This document shows positions 39,507 through 50,009 of a DNA stretch of 64,000 nucleotides, in pieces. A program made the translations under genes and the position numbers. This DNA comes from Patescibacteria group bacterium. Its GTDB lineage: Bacteria; Patescibacteriota; Patescibacteriia; Buchananbacterales; GWA2-38-13. Under the pieces are notes generated by a model. The model ran no database searches. It saw only the letters and a list, made by a program, of their open reading frames with translations, and was not told the origin of the DNA. Location of the stretch: the NCBI GenBank assembly GCA_028712155.1, contig JAQTQO010000001.1, positions 1,501-65,500 of the forward strand. Direction: 5' to 3'. Positions within the stretch are counted from its first letter, which is position 1. The number at the start of each line of letters is the position of its first letter.

Positions 39507-40853
39507 ATGGGTTTCAATCTCAATGAATTTGCCGATGTAGCAGCGCAAAATCCATTTGTGCTGATCGGGTGGTTTCTCGCCCACGGTGGGTGGGTTTTTT
39601 TGTTGCCGTGGGCGGTGTGGGTGGCGACGGTGATGTGGCTGGAATGGCGGCGGGGGATTTACGATTCCCAGCGCGAATTTGTCGTACTGGCCGTTGATAT
39701 TCCGCGCACCAACGAGCAGACGCCGCGGGCTATCGAGCAGTTGTTCTCGCATTTTTCCGGCATGCACAACGATCCGCAAAAAGAGGATAAGTGGATCGCC
39801 GGCGAAATGGAAGAAAGCATTGGTCTTGAGATCGTGAGCTTCGGCGGCTATATTCAATTTCTCATCCACCTGAACGTCAAATTCCGCGATCTGGTCGAGG
39901 GGGCGATCTACGCGCAGTATCCGGAGGCGGAAATCGCCGAGGTGGAGGATTACGCGATGCGTTTCAAGGGCATCAAATTTCCTAATGATCAGTTTGACGT
40001 CTGGGGCGGCGAGCTGCGCATGACCAATAAACAATACTACCCGATTAAAACCTACCGTGAGTTCGAGGATATGGTTTCCGGCGAATTCAAGGACCCGATG
40101 GCGAGCATCCTGGAAATTTTCAGCAAGATGACGCCGGATGAGCAGGCGTGGTATCAAATTGTTATCACTCCGGCCAACAATAATTGGGGCGAGCCCGGAA
40201 TGGAACTGGTGTACAAACTCATCGGCGCTAAAGTATCAAAAAAGAAAAAAATTTGGGAGAGCCTTATCGACGCGCCGTTGAACATTATCAGCATGTTCGG
40301 GGACATCATTTCCGGCACGTGGGGCGTAGCCGCCCAGGAGCAACCGGCGACGCTCATCCCGATGAGCCAGATGTTGCACCTCCCGCCCGGCAAGCGCACG
40401 GTCGTTGAAGCAGTGGAGCGGAAAATTTCCAAAATCGGTTTTCATACCCGCATCCGGTTGGTTTACATCGCGCGGAAACATGCGTTCAATAAAGCGACGC
40501 GTTCCAGCGCGCTGTTCGGCGCGATCAAGCAATTCAATACGCTGGATATGAACGGGTTCAAGCCAAACAAGAAAAAATTCACCAAAGTGTATGGCCTGTT
40601 CAAAAAACCGCGCATTAATATCCGAAAGAATAAGGTCATGCGCTGGTATCGGATGCGTGCGCGGCAGTACGAACCGGGGTACTATGGGCCGATTTTGAAT
40701 ATCGAAGAATTGGCCGGCTTATGGCATTTCCCGCTGATGACGGTAAAGGTGCCCACGCTCCAGCGGACGGAAGCCAAGCGCGCGGAGCCGCCGGTAACCT
40801 TGCCCATCGCGCCATACCGTGAAGGTGAGCCGCCGGTCGACCAACTTGTATGA
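39507..40853 (+). CDS. Membrane-anchored partner of the VirD4/HerA-like ATPase
   Basis: N-terminal TM; IYAQYPEAEIAEVEDY, YYPIKTY, LNIEELAGLWHFP; ATGA-coupled to the ATPase gene. Confidence 0.75.
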   Translation: MGFNLNEFADVAAQNPFVLIGWFLAHGGWVFLLPWAVWVATVMWLEWRRGIYDSQREFVVLAVDIPRTNEQTPRAIEQLFSHFSGMHNDPQKEDKWIAGEMEESIGLEIVSFGGYIQFLIHLNVKFRDLVEGAIYAQYPEAEIAEVEDYAMRFKGIKFPNDQFDVWGGELRMTNKQYYPIKTYREFEDMVSGEFKDPMASILEIFSKMTPDEQAWYQIVITPANNNWGEPGMELVYKLIGAKVSKKKKIWESLIDAPLNIISMFGDIISGTWGVAAQEQPATLIPMSQMLHLPPGKRTVVEAVERKISKIGFHTRIRLVYIARKHAFNKATRSSALFGAIKQFNTLDMNGFKPNKKKFTKVYGLFKKPRINIRKNKVMRWYRMRARQYEPGYYGPILNIEELAGLWHFPLMTVKVPTLQRTEAKRAEPPVTLPIAPYREGEPPVDQLV

Positions 40854-42727
40854 CGAATCCGGAAAACGATCGCATCGTGTATTTCGGCATTACCAACTTC
40901 CGCAACCAGCGGTTGAAGTTTGGCATAAAAAAAGACGACCGGCGCCGTCACATGTACCTGATCGGGAAAACCGGCATGGGCAAATCCACGGTGCTGGAAA
41001 ATATGGTCGTCCAGGATATTTTGAACGGCGAGGGAGTCGCCGTGGTGGATCCGCACGGCGATTTCGCCGAGAAAATCATTAAGTTCATTCCCAACCACCG
41101 CATCAACGACGTCGTCTATTTTAACCCTTCCGACATCGATTTTCCCATCTCGTTCAACGTGATGGAATCGGTGGATGAGCAGCACAAGCACCTCATTGCA
41201 TCCGGCCTGGTTGGCGTGTTCAAAAAACTCTGGGCGGACTCCTGGGGGCCCCGGCTGGAATACGTGCTGCGCAATGCGATTCTGGCGCTCCTGGATTACC
41301 CGGGCAGCACACTGCTTGGCGTCATGCGTATTCTGGTAGACAAGAATTATCGGAAGAAAGTCATCGCGAAAATCAAAGACCCGGTGGTGCGGTCGTTTTG
41401 GGTGGACGAGTACTCGAAGTACCCCGACCGTTTTCAGGCCGAAGCGATCGCCCCGATTCAAAATAAAGTCGGGCAGTTCTTGTCAACCGCGCTGATCCGC
41501 AACATCGTCGGCCAGGTCAGGTCCAGCATTGACATTCGCGAGGTCATGGACCATCAAAAAATTCTCATCCTTAATTTGTCCAAGGGGCGGCTCGGTGAAG
41601 ACGCATCGGCTTTGATGGGCGCGATGATGATCACCAAAATCCAGCTGGCGGCGATGAGCCGCATCGACCTGCCGGAGGATGAGCGCAAGGATTTCTACCT
41701 CTACGTCGACGAGTTCCAGAATTTCGCCACGGAAAGTTTCGCGAACATTCTCTCCGAGGCCCGCAAATACCGTCTCAACCTGATTATCGCTCACCAATAC
41801 ATCGAGCAAGTCGAAGAGAATGTTCAGGCGGCGGTACTGGGCAACGTCGGTACCATCATGGCGTTTCGCATCGGCGCCGCCGACTCCGAGTTGCTGGCCA
41901 AGGAATTCGCGCCCTATTTCGACGAAGAGGACGTCGTGAACCTGGCCAAATACGACATTTACCTCAAGCTGATGATCGACGGCGTCGCATCAAACCCGTT
42001 TTCCGCCACGACACTCCCGCCGATCGAGAAATGGGCCAAACCCTCGGGAAACGTCGATAAGATCGTCCAGGTGACGCGCGAACGGTACGGCAAGCCGCGT
42101 GAGATCGTGGAGGATAAGATTGCCCGTTGGAGCGGCATGGTGGGGGAGGGCGAAGAACGGGAAGCATCGGATGAGGACGCCGAACCGGCACCGCGTTTGA
42201 AGGTGGTCGAGCCGCGGATTTTCAGGCCGGTTACCCTTGTGCCGTCTGCCGAGACGGGAAAACATCCGGCGCCGACGCCGGTTGCACCGACCAAAGACGA
42301 GCGCAAGCCTGCGGCCGCGAACCGCTTTACCGTTGATTGCTACGAGTGCGGTGCGCAGGTCGAAGTGAACTTCAAGCCTGACGGTATCCGGCCCGTTTAC
42401 TGCAAGCGTTGTTTTAAGGAAATTCGTGAACGTTCGTTGCGGAAGGAATCGGCCGCCCCGGAAGCGGTTCAACCGCCGGTGGCGGAAATGAGCCTGGCCG
42501 ACGCGCTCCGGTCCAAACCCGTCCCGATCAGCGCCACGCGCCGCCGCACGCACAGCGAAGAGCGGCCGGAGTCAGACGCAAGCATGGCATCCGCAGCGGC
42601 ACCGACGCCCGATGAAAGTGCCGGTACAGAAACCGACGTCACCGTGAAAGAGGAGACGTCGCGTCCCCGGAAAGATTTTTCGCACCCGCAGATTCTGTCG
42701 CCCCGCCGGATCGTACGGTTCAATTAA
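40850..42727 (+). CDS. VirD4/TraD/HerA-like ATPase with C-terminal CxxC-x17-CxxC domain
   Basis: RHMYLIGKTGMGKS, DPHGD, YLYVDEFQNF, LSEARKY; CYEC-17 aa-CKRC. Confidence 0.88.
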   Translation: MTNPENDRIVYFGITNFRNQRLKFGIKKDDRRRHMYLIGKTGMGKSTVLENMVVQDILNGEGVAVVDPHGDFAEKIIKFIPNHRINDVVYFNPSDIDFPISFNVMESVDEQHKHLIASGLVGVFKKLWADSWGPRLEYVLRNAILALLDYPGSTLLGVMRILVDKNYRKKVIAKIKDPVVRSFWVDEYSKYPDRFQAEAIAPIQNKVGQFLSTALIRNIVGQVRSSIDIREVMDHQKILILNLSKGRLGEDASALMGAMMITKIQLAAMSRIDLPEDERKDFYLYVDEFQNFATESFANILSEARKYRLNLIIAHQYIEQVEENVQAAVLGNVGTIMAFRIGAADSELLAKEFAPYFDEEDVVNLAKYDIYLKLMIDGVASNPFSATTLPPIEKWAKPSGNVDKIVQVTRERYGKPREIVEDKIARWSGMVGEGEEREASDEDAEPAPRLKVVEPRIFRPVTLVPSAETGKHPAPTPVAPTKDERKPAAANRFTVDCYECGAQVEVNFKPDGIRPVYCKRCFKEIRERSLRKESAAPEAVQPPVAEMSLADALRSKPVPISATRRRTHSEERPESDASMASAAAPTPDESAGTETDVTVKEETSRPRKDFSHPQILSPRRIVRFN

Positions 42728-42745
42728 AGTATTTTGGGCGCATCG

Positions 42746-42768
42746 TCGTCCGACCGGACGATTTTTTT
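42746..42768 (+). terminator. Intrinsic terminator
   Basis: TCGTCC-GACC-GGACGA then TTTTTTT. Confidence 0.6.
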
Positions 42769-42818
42769 GTGTTGCTGAATGTTTGACAGACGCAAAAAAG
42801 CTTCGTATGATTTGTAGC

Positions 42819-44144
42819 ATGGATAAAAAATTTAAACCCATCCGCATCGGGATTATCGGCGCCGGGTACGTCGGGTTGACCACCGGCGTCTGTTTTAGCG
42901 ATATCGGCCACCAAGTCCTATGCGCCGATTCCGATTCTTCCAAACTTGAACGGCTGCGGCAGGGGGAATCGCCGTTTTTTGAGCCTGGGCTGGAAGAGTT
43001 GCTGCGCAAAAATGTCGCTTCCGGGCGCCTGCGGTTCATCAGCGATAACACGGAACTCGTCGCCAATTCCGACGTCATTTTTATCTGCGTCAATACGCCG
43101 CCGAAAAGCGACGGCCGCGCGGACCTGCGCTATGTCGAGCAAGTGGCAAAAGAAATCGCATTTGCACTGCCGGACGAGTACCGTTTGATCGTTGACAAGA
43201 GCACCGTCCCGGTGCACACGGCCGAAAAGGTGACGGAGACCATCCGTCGCTACCGGCCGGACGCCAAGTCCTTCGACGTCGTTTCCAACCCCGAATTCCT
43301 TCGCGAAGGAAGCGCGATTGAGGATACCATGCGACCGGATCGCATCGTCGTCGGCGCCTCCAGCGATCGGGCGCGACAGCTCATGCGCGAAGTATATCAG
43401 CCGATACTCAACCAGACGAAAGCCGAGCTGTGCGAGGTGTCTATCCGCAGCGCCGAGCTCATCAAACATGGCGCCAATACGCTGCTGGCGACAAAAATTT
43501 CGTTTGCCAACCTGATTGCCGATGCGTGTGAGAATGTCGGCGCGAATGCCAGCGAGGTACTGCACGGCATCGGCATTGACCGGCGGATCGGCGAAGCGTT
43601 CCTGAAGCCGGGCATCGGATTCGGCGGGAGCTGCTTTCCGAAAGATATCGCGGCATTTCGACACACGCTCCAGACGGTCGGCGTCAGCCCGGCGCTGGTG
43701 ACCGCAGTGGAAGAGATCAACGATACGGCGTACCGGCGGTTTCTGCAGCGCATCGAACGGGTGCTGTGGGTATTGGACGGTAAGCGCATCTGCGTCCTGG
43801 GGTTGAGCTTCAAAGCCAACACCGATGATTTACGCAACGCCCCTTCACTGAGGATCATCCGCGCGCTCCTCAAGGAAGGCGCCGTCGTTTCCGCCTATGA
43901 TCCGAAGGCGCGGGCAAAAGCGCAGCATGCGGTGCCCGAGGTAAAATACGCGGACAACCCGTATGCAGCGGCGGAAGGCAGCGAAGCGATCGTCGTCTGC
44001 ACGGAATGGGATGAATTTACTCAACTCGATTTGCCCCGGCTGCGAAAACTCGTTTTGATGCCGATTATTTTTGACGGACGTAACGTCATCAACCGTGCCT
44101 CGGCTGAGGCGGCGGGCTTTACCTACTACGGGGTCGGCCACTAA
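42819..44144 (+). CDS. ugd: UDP-glucose 6-dehydrogenase
   Basis: GAGYVG, KSTVP, SNPEFLREG, GFGGSCFPKD, FKANTDDLR, FDGRN. Confidence 0.95.
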   Translation: MDKKFKPIRIGIIGAGYVGLTTGVCFSDIGHQVLCADSDSSKLERLRQGESPFFEPGLEELLRKNVASGRLRFISDNTELVANSDVIFICVNTPPKSDGRADLRYVEQVAKEIAFALPDEYRLIVDKSTVPVHTAEKVTETIRRYRPDAKSFDVVSNPEFLREGSAIEDTMRPDRIVVGASSDRARQLMREVYQPILNQTKAELCEVSIRSAELIKHGANTLLATKISFANLIADACENVGANASEVLHGIGIDRRIGEAFLKPGIGFGGSCFPKDIAAFRHTLQTVGVSPALVTAVEEINDTAYRRFLQRIERVLWVLDGKRICVLGLSFKANTDDLRNAPSLRIIRALLKEGAVVSAYDPKARAKAQHAVPEVKYADNPYAAAEGSEAIVVCTEWDEFTQLDLPRLRKLVLMPIIFDGRNVINRASAEAAGFTYYGVGH

Positions 44145-44269
44145 ACGCCCCAAGCGACGAAAAGGGAGGGGAATGTGAAGAAAAATTGCATAACGAAATC
44201 CGGTTACCCGGCCAAATAAGGTTACCGGGTATTTGTGGTATTATTTATTCAATAATTCTCGGCATTGTA

Positions 44270-44298
44270 TTGACAATTTCCAGGCGGGGGTATATGAT
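44270..44298 (+). promoter_or_regulatory. sigma70 promoter of clpB
   Basis: TTGACA-17 nt-TATGAT. Confidence 0.85.
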
Positions 44299-44299
44299 A

Positions 44300-44326
44300 T
44301 TAGCACTCGTAAATAGAGAGTGCTAA
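44300..44326. promoter_or_regulatory. CIRCE operator (HrcA binding site)
   Basis: Exact TTAGCACTC-N9-GAGTGCTAA immediately after the -10 box. Confidence 0.97.
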
Positions 44327-44351
44327 TGCCAGAGAGGCAACCGAATTGACT

Positions 44352-46967
44352 ATGGATCCGTCGAAATTTACCTACAAAGTCCAAGAGGCGCTGCAGCGGA
44401 CCGTGCAGTTCACCACCGAGCTTGGACAGCAGCAAATTACCGTGCCCCACCTCCTGTACGTTCTGGTGGAGCAATCGGACAGCATTGTCCCGGCCGTGCT
44501 CAAAAAACTGGAGATTGACCTCGCGGCGCTCAAAGAGCGCCTGCTTGAAGCGGCCAAAAAAATGCCGACCGTGAACGGTCTGGTGGTGACGCCGTATCTG
44601 ACGACCGAATTCAACGTGGTATTAGGCCGGTGCGAACGCATCGCAAAATCATTGGGCGATGAATATGTCTCGACCGAACACCTGCTGCTCGGCATCACCG
44701 AAGTGAATTCCGAGGCGAAGACGATCCTGGGTGATTTTGGCGTGACGCATGAGCGCGTCATGAACGTATTGAAAGAGGTGCGGGGGAGCCACCGGGTCGT
44801 CGACATGGACCCCGAAAGCAAATACCAGGCGGTGCGCAAGTACGCCACGAATTTGAACGAACTGGCGCGTAACGGCAAGCTCGATCCGGTGATCGGACGC
44901 GACCGTGAGATCCGCCGGATCATGCAGGTGATTACGCGGAAAAAGAAGAATAATCCGGTGCTCATCGGCGAACCGGGTACCGGAAAGACCGCGATCGTGG
45001 AAGGGTTATCCCAGCGGATCGTCAAAGGTGACGTTCCCGAAAGCCTCAAAGATAAGGAAATTCTGAATCTGGATATCGGTTCGATTTTGGCCGGGTCGAA
45101 ATTCCGCGGTGAATTTGAAGACCGCTTGAAAGCGGTCCTGAAAGAGATCGAGGATGCGGAGGGCAAATTTATCCTGTTTGTCGACGAACTGCACGTCATC
45201 GTCGGCGCCGGCGGCGCGGAAGGTGCGATCGACGCGGCCAACCTTTTGAAACCGGCGTTGGCCCGCGGCAGCTTGCGGATGATCGGCGCCACGACGCTGA
45301 AGGAGTACCAACGTTACGTGGAAAAGGACGCCGCGCTCGAGCGGCGGTTCCAACCGGTTTTTGTCGGCGAACCGACCCTGGAGGATACCATCGCGATTTT
45401 GCGCGGGATCAAGGAAAAGTATGAACTGCACCATGGCATTAAAATCACCGATGGCGCGTTGATCGCGGCCGCCAAGTTATCCCAGCGCTACATTACCGAT
45501 CGGTTTTTACCCGACAAGGCGATTGATCTGGTGGATGAGGCGGCGTCGGGCTTGCGGTTGGTGATCGATTCGATGCCCGATGACCTGGATGTGTTGAAGC
45601 GCAAGATCATTCAGCTGAAAATTGAAAAAGAGGCGTTGAAAAAGGAGGGCGGAGCGTCGTCAAAGCCGCTGGCCGAGGTGAAGGCAAAACTCGCGAATAC
45701 TGAGGAGCAGGCACGGCAGATCGAGATTCACTGGCGGGCCGAGAAGGAACTCATTAACCAGATCAAGCAGGCGCGCGAGGATATCGATAAACTCAAGATG
45801 AAAGCCGAACGGTATGAGCGCCAGGGCGAACTTCAGCAGGTGGCGGAAATCAAGTACGCCGGGTTACCCGGACTGGAGAAAAAGATCACCGAACTCACGA
45901 GTAAGCTCAACCGGCTGCAAGCCGAACGACAGATCATCAAGGAAACCGTGACCGAAACGGATATCGCGGGCGTGGTTTCGCGCTGGACGGGAATTCCGGT
46001 GGACAAGATGCTGGAAAGCGAGTCGAAGAAACTTGCCCGCATGGAGGAAATGTTGCGGCGGCGCGTGGTCGGTCAGGACCAGGCGATCGCGGCAGTTTCC
46101 AACGCGGTCCGGCGGTCGCGCGCCGGGATCGCCGAAGAGTACCGGCCGATCGGCACGTTCCTGTTTCTCGGTCCCACGGGCGTCGGCAAAACGGAACTGG
46201 CGAAAGCCGTCGCGGAGTTTCTCTTCGATGACGAACGGGCGCTTGTTCGGGTTGATATGTCCGAATACATGGAACGGCACTCGGTGGCTAAAATTACCGG
46301 TTCACCGCCGGGGTACGTCGGTTACGAGGAAGGCGGACAGCTGACGGAGATCATCCGCCGACGGCCGTATGCGGTCATCCTGCTCGACGAAATCGAAAAA
46401 GCACACCCGGATGTGTTCAACTTGCTGCTGCAGATTCTTGACGAAGGTCGTTTGACCGATGCGAAAGGGCGCGTCGTGAATTTCAAAAACACCGTGGTCA
46501 TCATGACGTCAAATCTCGGATCGGACATCATTCACGAGTACGCGCTCGGCTTTACCACCGAACGCCGGTCCGCCGGCATCAATCAGCAGGAGATGGAAGA
46601 TCGCATCCAGGATATGTTGCGCCGGACGTTTAAACCGGAATTTCTCAACCGGCTGGATGCCAGTATCACATTCCATGCGCTCGGACATCGGGAGATCCGT
46701 CAGATTATCGATCTGCAGTTGCGGCAGGTCAGCGAACGCCTTGCCCAGCAGGGGATTACGGTCGGGTTTAGCGAGCGCCTGAAAGATTACCTGGCCAAGA
46801 AGGGTTTTGATCCGGCATTCGGCGCCCGGCCGCTCAAACGCCTGATCCAGCAAAAAATTCTTGACGAATTAGCGCTGGGAATCGTTGAGGGCCGGTTGAA
46901 GGAGGGCCAACATCTGACCGTCGATGAACGAAAAGGAAAAGTCGTTACCGCGCCGACAAAATCGTAA
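44352..46967 (+). CDS. clpB: Chaperone ClpB (full M-domain, plus LGF loop)
   Basis: Clp-N repeats, [13 protein letters not shown], long coiled-coil M-domain, [19 protein letters not shown]. Confidence 0.93.
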   Translation: MDPSKFTYKVQEALQRTVQFTTELGQQQITVPHLLYVLVEQSDSIVPAVLKKLEIDLAALKERLLEAAKKMPTVNGLVVTPYLTTEFNVVLGRCERIAKSLGDEYVSTEHLLLGITEVNSEAKTILGDFGVTHERVMNVLKEVRGSHRVVDMDPESKYQAVRKYATNLNELARNGKLDPVIGRDREIRRIMQVITRKKKNNPVLIGEPGTGKTAIVEGLSQRIVKGDVPESLKDKEILNLDIGSILAGSKFRGEFEDRLKAVLKEIEDAEGKFILFVDELHVIVGAGGAEGAIDAANLLKPALARGSLRMIGATTLKEYQRYVEKDAALERRFQPVFVGEPTLEDTIAILRGIKEKYELHHGIKITDGALIAAAKLSQRYITDRFLPDKAIDLVDEAASGLRLVIDSMPDDLDVLKRKIIQLKIEKEALKKEGGASSKPLAEVKAKLANTEEQARQIEIHWRAEKELINQIKQAREDIDKLKMKAERYERQGELQQVAEIKYAGLPGLEKKITELTSKLNRLQAERQIIKETVTETDIAGVVSRWTGIPVDKMLESESKKLARMEEMLRRRVVGQDQAIAAVSNAVRRSRAGIAEEYRPIGTFLFLGPTGVGKTELAKAVAEFLFDDERALVRVDMSEYMERHSVAKITGSPPGYVGYEEGGQLTEIIRRRPYAVILLDEIEKAHPDVFNLLLQILDEGRLTDAKGRVVNFKNTVVIMTSNLGSDIIHEYALGFTTERRSAGINQQEMEDRIQDMLRRTFKPEFLNRLDASITFHALGHREIRQIIDLQLRQVSERLAQQGITVGFSERLKDYLAKKGFDPAFGARPLKRLIQQKILDELALGIVEGRLKEGQHLTVDERKGKVVTAPTKS

Positions 46968-46980
46968 CCGCATACATGAG

Positions 46981-47011
46981 GCCGCCGGGATTTTCCCCGG
47001 CGGCTTTTTTT
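46981..47011 (+). terminator. Intrinsic terminator after clpB
   Basis: GCCGCCGGG-loop-CCCGGCGGC then TTTTTTT. Confidence 0.85.
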
Positions 47012-47067
47012 GGTATTTTAGCGTTTGACGAAGCAGCAAATTTTCCGTAGTTTATGAGTACTCGCTT

Positions 47068-48141
47068 ATGCCAAAAAAGCAGCCCTGGAAAGTAGCCGTT
47101 GCGATGTCGGGCGGCGTTGACTCTTCAGTCGCCGCCGCGTTGCTCGTCGAACAAGGGTATTCGGTGATGGGGGCTTACATGAAAAATTTTTCCACCGAAT
47201 CATGGCGCGGAACGCTGCAAACGGAATGCCCGTGGGAAAAAGATGTCGCCGATGCCGAGGCGGTCTGCCGTAAGCTGGGAATACCGTTTCGGACGTTCAA
47301 TTTTGAGCGCGAATACCGCCGGGCGGTATTGAATAATTTTTTCGACGAATACCGGCGGGGCCGTACGCCGAACCCGGATGTGCGCTGTAATCGGGAGATT
47401 AAATTCGGAAGTTTTCTTGCCGCCGTACGCCATTTGGGGTATGCGCACATGGCAACCGGCCACTACGCGCGCATCGTCAACGGTCAACTGCAAAAAGGCG
47501 TCGATGCCGCCAAAGACCAGTCGTATTTTCTCTATGTGCTCACCTCCCGGCAATTAGCGCACACGCTGTTCCCGATCGGCGGTTACACAAAAGACCGCAT
47601 CCGCCAGCTTGCCCGCCGATGGAAATTGCCCACCGCCGATAAAAAAGATTCCCAAGGCATTTGTTTCGTGGGACCGGTCAAACTCCGGGAATTTTTAGCA
47701 CAGGAAATTCCGCACCGCCGCGGTTTGGTCGTGGATACCGATGGGCACAAACTTGGATATCATGACGGGGTCTGGTACTATACAATCGGGCAGCGGCATG
47801 GCATCGGTATTGCCGGTCCCAAACCCTACTACGTCGTAGACAGAAACGCCGCTACCAACACGCTGGTGGTGGCGGCCGGGCGGCAACACCCCGCACTCTA
47901 CCGGCAAGACATTCGACTCAGTCGTCTCCACTGGATCGGCATACGCCCGAAACTGCCGTTGACGTGCCGCGCAAAGATCCGCTATCAACAGAACGACCAA
48001 GCCTGCGTGGTACGGCAGACGCGGCTTGGCACGATCGCGCATTTTCGCCGGCCGCAGTTTGCGGTCGCGCCGGGCCAAGCCGTGGTGCTGTATCGCGGGA
48101 GCCTGGTGCTCGGCGGCGGAATCGCCTCGTCGTTTGCGTAA
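47068..48141 (+). CDS. mnmA: tRNA 2-thiouridine(34) synthase
   Basis: AMSGGVDSS, TPNPDVRCN, ATGHYA, KDQSYFL, DSQGICF, YTIGQR, PGQAVV. Confidence 0.97.
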   Translation: MPKKQPWKVAVAMSGGVDSSVAAALLVEQGYSVMGAYMKNFSTESWRGTLQTECPWEKDVADAEAVCRKLGIPFRTFNFEREYRRAVLNNFFDEYRRGRTPNPDVRCNREIKFGSFLAAVRHLGYAHMATGHYARIVNGQLQKGVDAAKDQSYFLYVLTSRQLAHTLFPIGGYTKDRIRQLARRWKLPTADKKDSQGICFVGPVKLREFLAQEIPHRRGLVVDTDGHKLGYHDGVWYYTIGQRHGIGIAGPKPYYVVDRNAATNTLVVAAGRQHPALYRQDIRLSRLHWIGIRPKLPLTCRAKIRYQQNDQACVVRQTRLGTIAHFRRPQFAVAPGQAVVLYRGSLVLGGGIASSFA

Positions 48142-48153
48142 ATCTTACCGTTT

Positions 48154-49911
48154 ATGACCAGCCAGGAATTGATTACGAAATTTCTCCAATTTTTTCGCGC
48201 CAAGCAGCACGCCCGCATGCCGGGCGCTTCGCTGATACCGGAAAACGACCCGACGGTTTTGTTTACGACGGCCGGCATGCATCCGCTCGTGCCGTATCTT
48301 TTAGGGCAGCCGCATCCGTTGGGCAAGCGCTTGTGCGACGTACAGCCATGCCTGCGCACCAGCGACATCGATGAAGTCGGTGACTTAACCCATCATACGT
48401 TTTTCGAGATGCTGGGGAATTGGTCGCTTGGCGGATATTTTAAAGAAGAAGCGATCGCATTAAGCTGGGAGTTTTTGACTGCGCCCGAAAATCTTGGGAT
48501 ACCGCGGGAACGGCTTGCGGTGAGCGTGTTCGCCGGCGACCAGGACGCGCCGCGTGACGAGGAATCCGCACGTCTTTGGCAGCAGTGCGGCGTGCCGCTT
48601 GACCGGATAGCCTATTTGCCGAAAGCCGATAACTGGTGGGGACCGGCCGGCGTCACCGGACCGTGCGGACCGGATACGGAGATGTTCTACTGGACCGGCG
48701 AAGAACCGGCGCCGTCAAAGTTTGATCCGACCGATAAGCGCTGGGTGGAGATCTGGAATGACGTATTCATGCAATACCGTAAAACGGAAAACGGGACCTA
48801 TGAACCCCTGCAGCAGAAAAATGTGGATACCGGCATGGGGGTGGAACGAACGGTCGCAGTCCTCAACGGATACGGGAACGTGTACGAAATCGATACCATC
48901 GCCCCCGTGATGGCGGCGATTCGCAGTCGGGCTATCCGGGCCGACGAACGGGCGGTCCGGATAGTCGCCGATCATCTTTTGGCGGCGGCGATGATCCTGG
49001 CAGACCCGGCAGGCGTGACCCCGTCCAACGTCGAGCGCGGATACATTCTGCGGCGGCTGATTCGCCGGGCAATCCGCTACGGCAATGCGCTGGGCATGCC
49101 GTCACCGTTCACGGCTGACCTCGCGTCGCTTTATCGCCACGGGTACGGGGAGCGTTACCCGGCGCTGATGGAGCGGGCCAATGTGATATCCGAACAACTG
49201 AATCTCGAAGAAGAGCGGTTCGTGGCGACACTCGCACGCGGGATGAAAAAACTGACCCAGCGCTTCGGTCAATCGGGCAGCGGGGCCGTCATCTCGGGTG
49301 CGGATGCGTTTGACCTGTTCCAGACGTACGGTTTTCCCGTTGAACTTGTGGAAGAAGTCGCCCGGGAACGCGGCTGGACGGTCGATCGGAAAGGCTTTGA
49401 TGCGGCGATGCAGCGGCACCAGGAACAGTCGCGTACGGCGTCGGCCGGGCGATTCCGTTCGGGGCTCGCGGATACCACGGAACAGACGACCAAATTGCAT
49501 ACTGCCACCCATCTCTTGCACGCCGCATTGCGAAGGGTGCTGGGAAATCACGTCCAGCAGAAAGGGAGTAACATTACCGCCGAACGCCTGCGTTTCGATT
49601 TTTCTCATACGGCAAAAATGACCAGTGAAGAAATCCGGCAGGTGGAAACGCTCGTCAACGAGCAAATCGCCCGTGCCTTGCCGGTGACCGTTAAGGAAAT
49701 GACGCCCGCGGAAGCGGAACAAGACGGGGCACTGGGTTTTTTTGGCCATAAATACGCGGCGCGCGTGACGGTCTACACGGTCGGAGACTTCAGCAAGGAA
49801 ATTTGCGCCGGTCCGCACGTGCAAAACACTGCCGTACTCGGGCAGTTCAAAATCATCAAAGAAGAGGCATCCTCGGCCGGAGTGCGGCGCATAAAAGCAA
49901 CCGTACAATAA
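48154..49911 (+). CDS. alaS: Alanine--tRNA ligase, short form
   Basis: DPTVLFTTAGM, HHTFFEMLGNWS, GPCGP, VDTGMG, RGYILRRLIRR, HTATH, CAGPH; ends at AGVRRIKA. Confidence 0.96.
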   Translation: MTSQELITKFLQFFRAKQHARMPGASLIPENDPTVLFTTAGMHPLVPYLLGQPHPLGKRLCDVQPCLRTSDIDEVGDLTHHTFFEMLGNWSLGGYFKEEAIALSWEFLTAPENLGIPRERLAVSVFAGDQDAPRDEESARLWQQCGVPLDRIAYLPKADNWWGPAGVTGPCGPDTEMFYWTGEEPAPSKFDPTDKRWVEIWNDVFMQYRKTENGTYEPLQQKNVDTGMGVERTVAVLNGYGNVYEIDTIAPVMAAIRSRAIRADERAVRIVADHLLAAAMILADPAGVTPSNVERGYILRRLIRRAIRYGNALGMPSPFTADLASLYRHGYGERYPALMERANVISEQLNLEEERFVATLARGMKKLTQRFGQSGSGAVISGADAFDLFQTYGFPVELVEEVARERGWTVDRKGFDAAMQRHQEQSRTASAGRFRSGLADTTEQTTKLHTATHLLHAALRRVLGNHVQQKGSNITAERLRFDFSHTAKMTSEEIRQVETLVNEQIARALPVTVKEMTPAEAEQDGALGFFGHKYAARVTVYTVGDFSKEICAGPHVQNTAVLGQFKIIKEEASSAGVRRIKATVQ

Positions 49912-49980
49912 GCACAAAGAGAGTCTGCGTCCGCTAAACAGAGCAAAATTTATCTCCCAAGAAATTCACAAGTTACAGGT

Positions 49981-50009
49981 TTGACAAAATTGAGGAATTC
50001 AGCTATCCT
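49981..50009 (+). promoter_or_regulatory. Probable sigma70 promoter of the infA-alpha operon
   Basis: TTGACA-17 nt-TATCCT. Confidence 0.55.

Noticed and set aside
39507-42727. Conjugative element
   Set aside because: No relaxase, pilus genes, integrase or boundary repeats; embedded among core genes.
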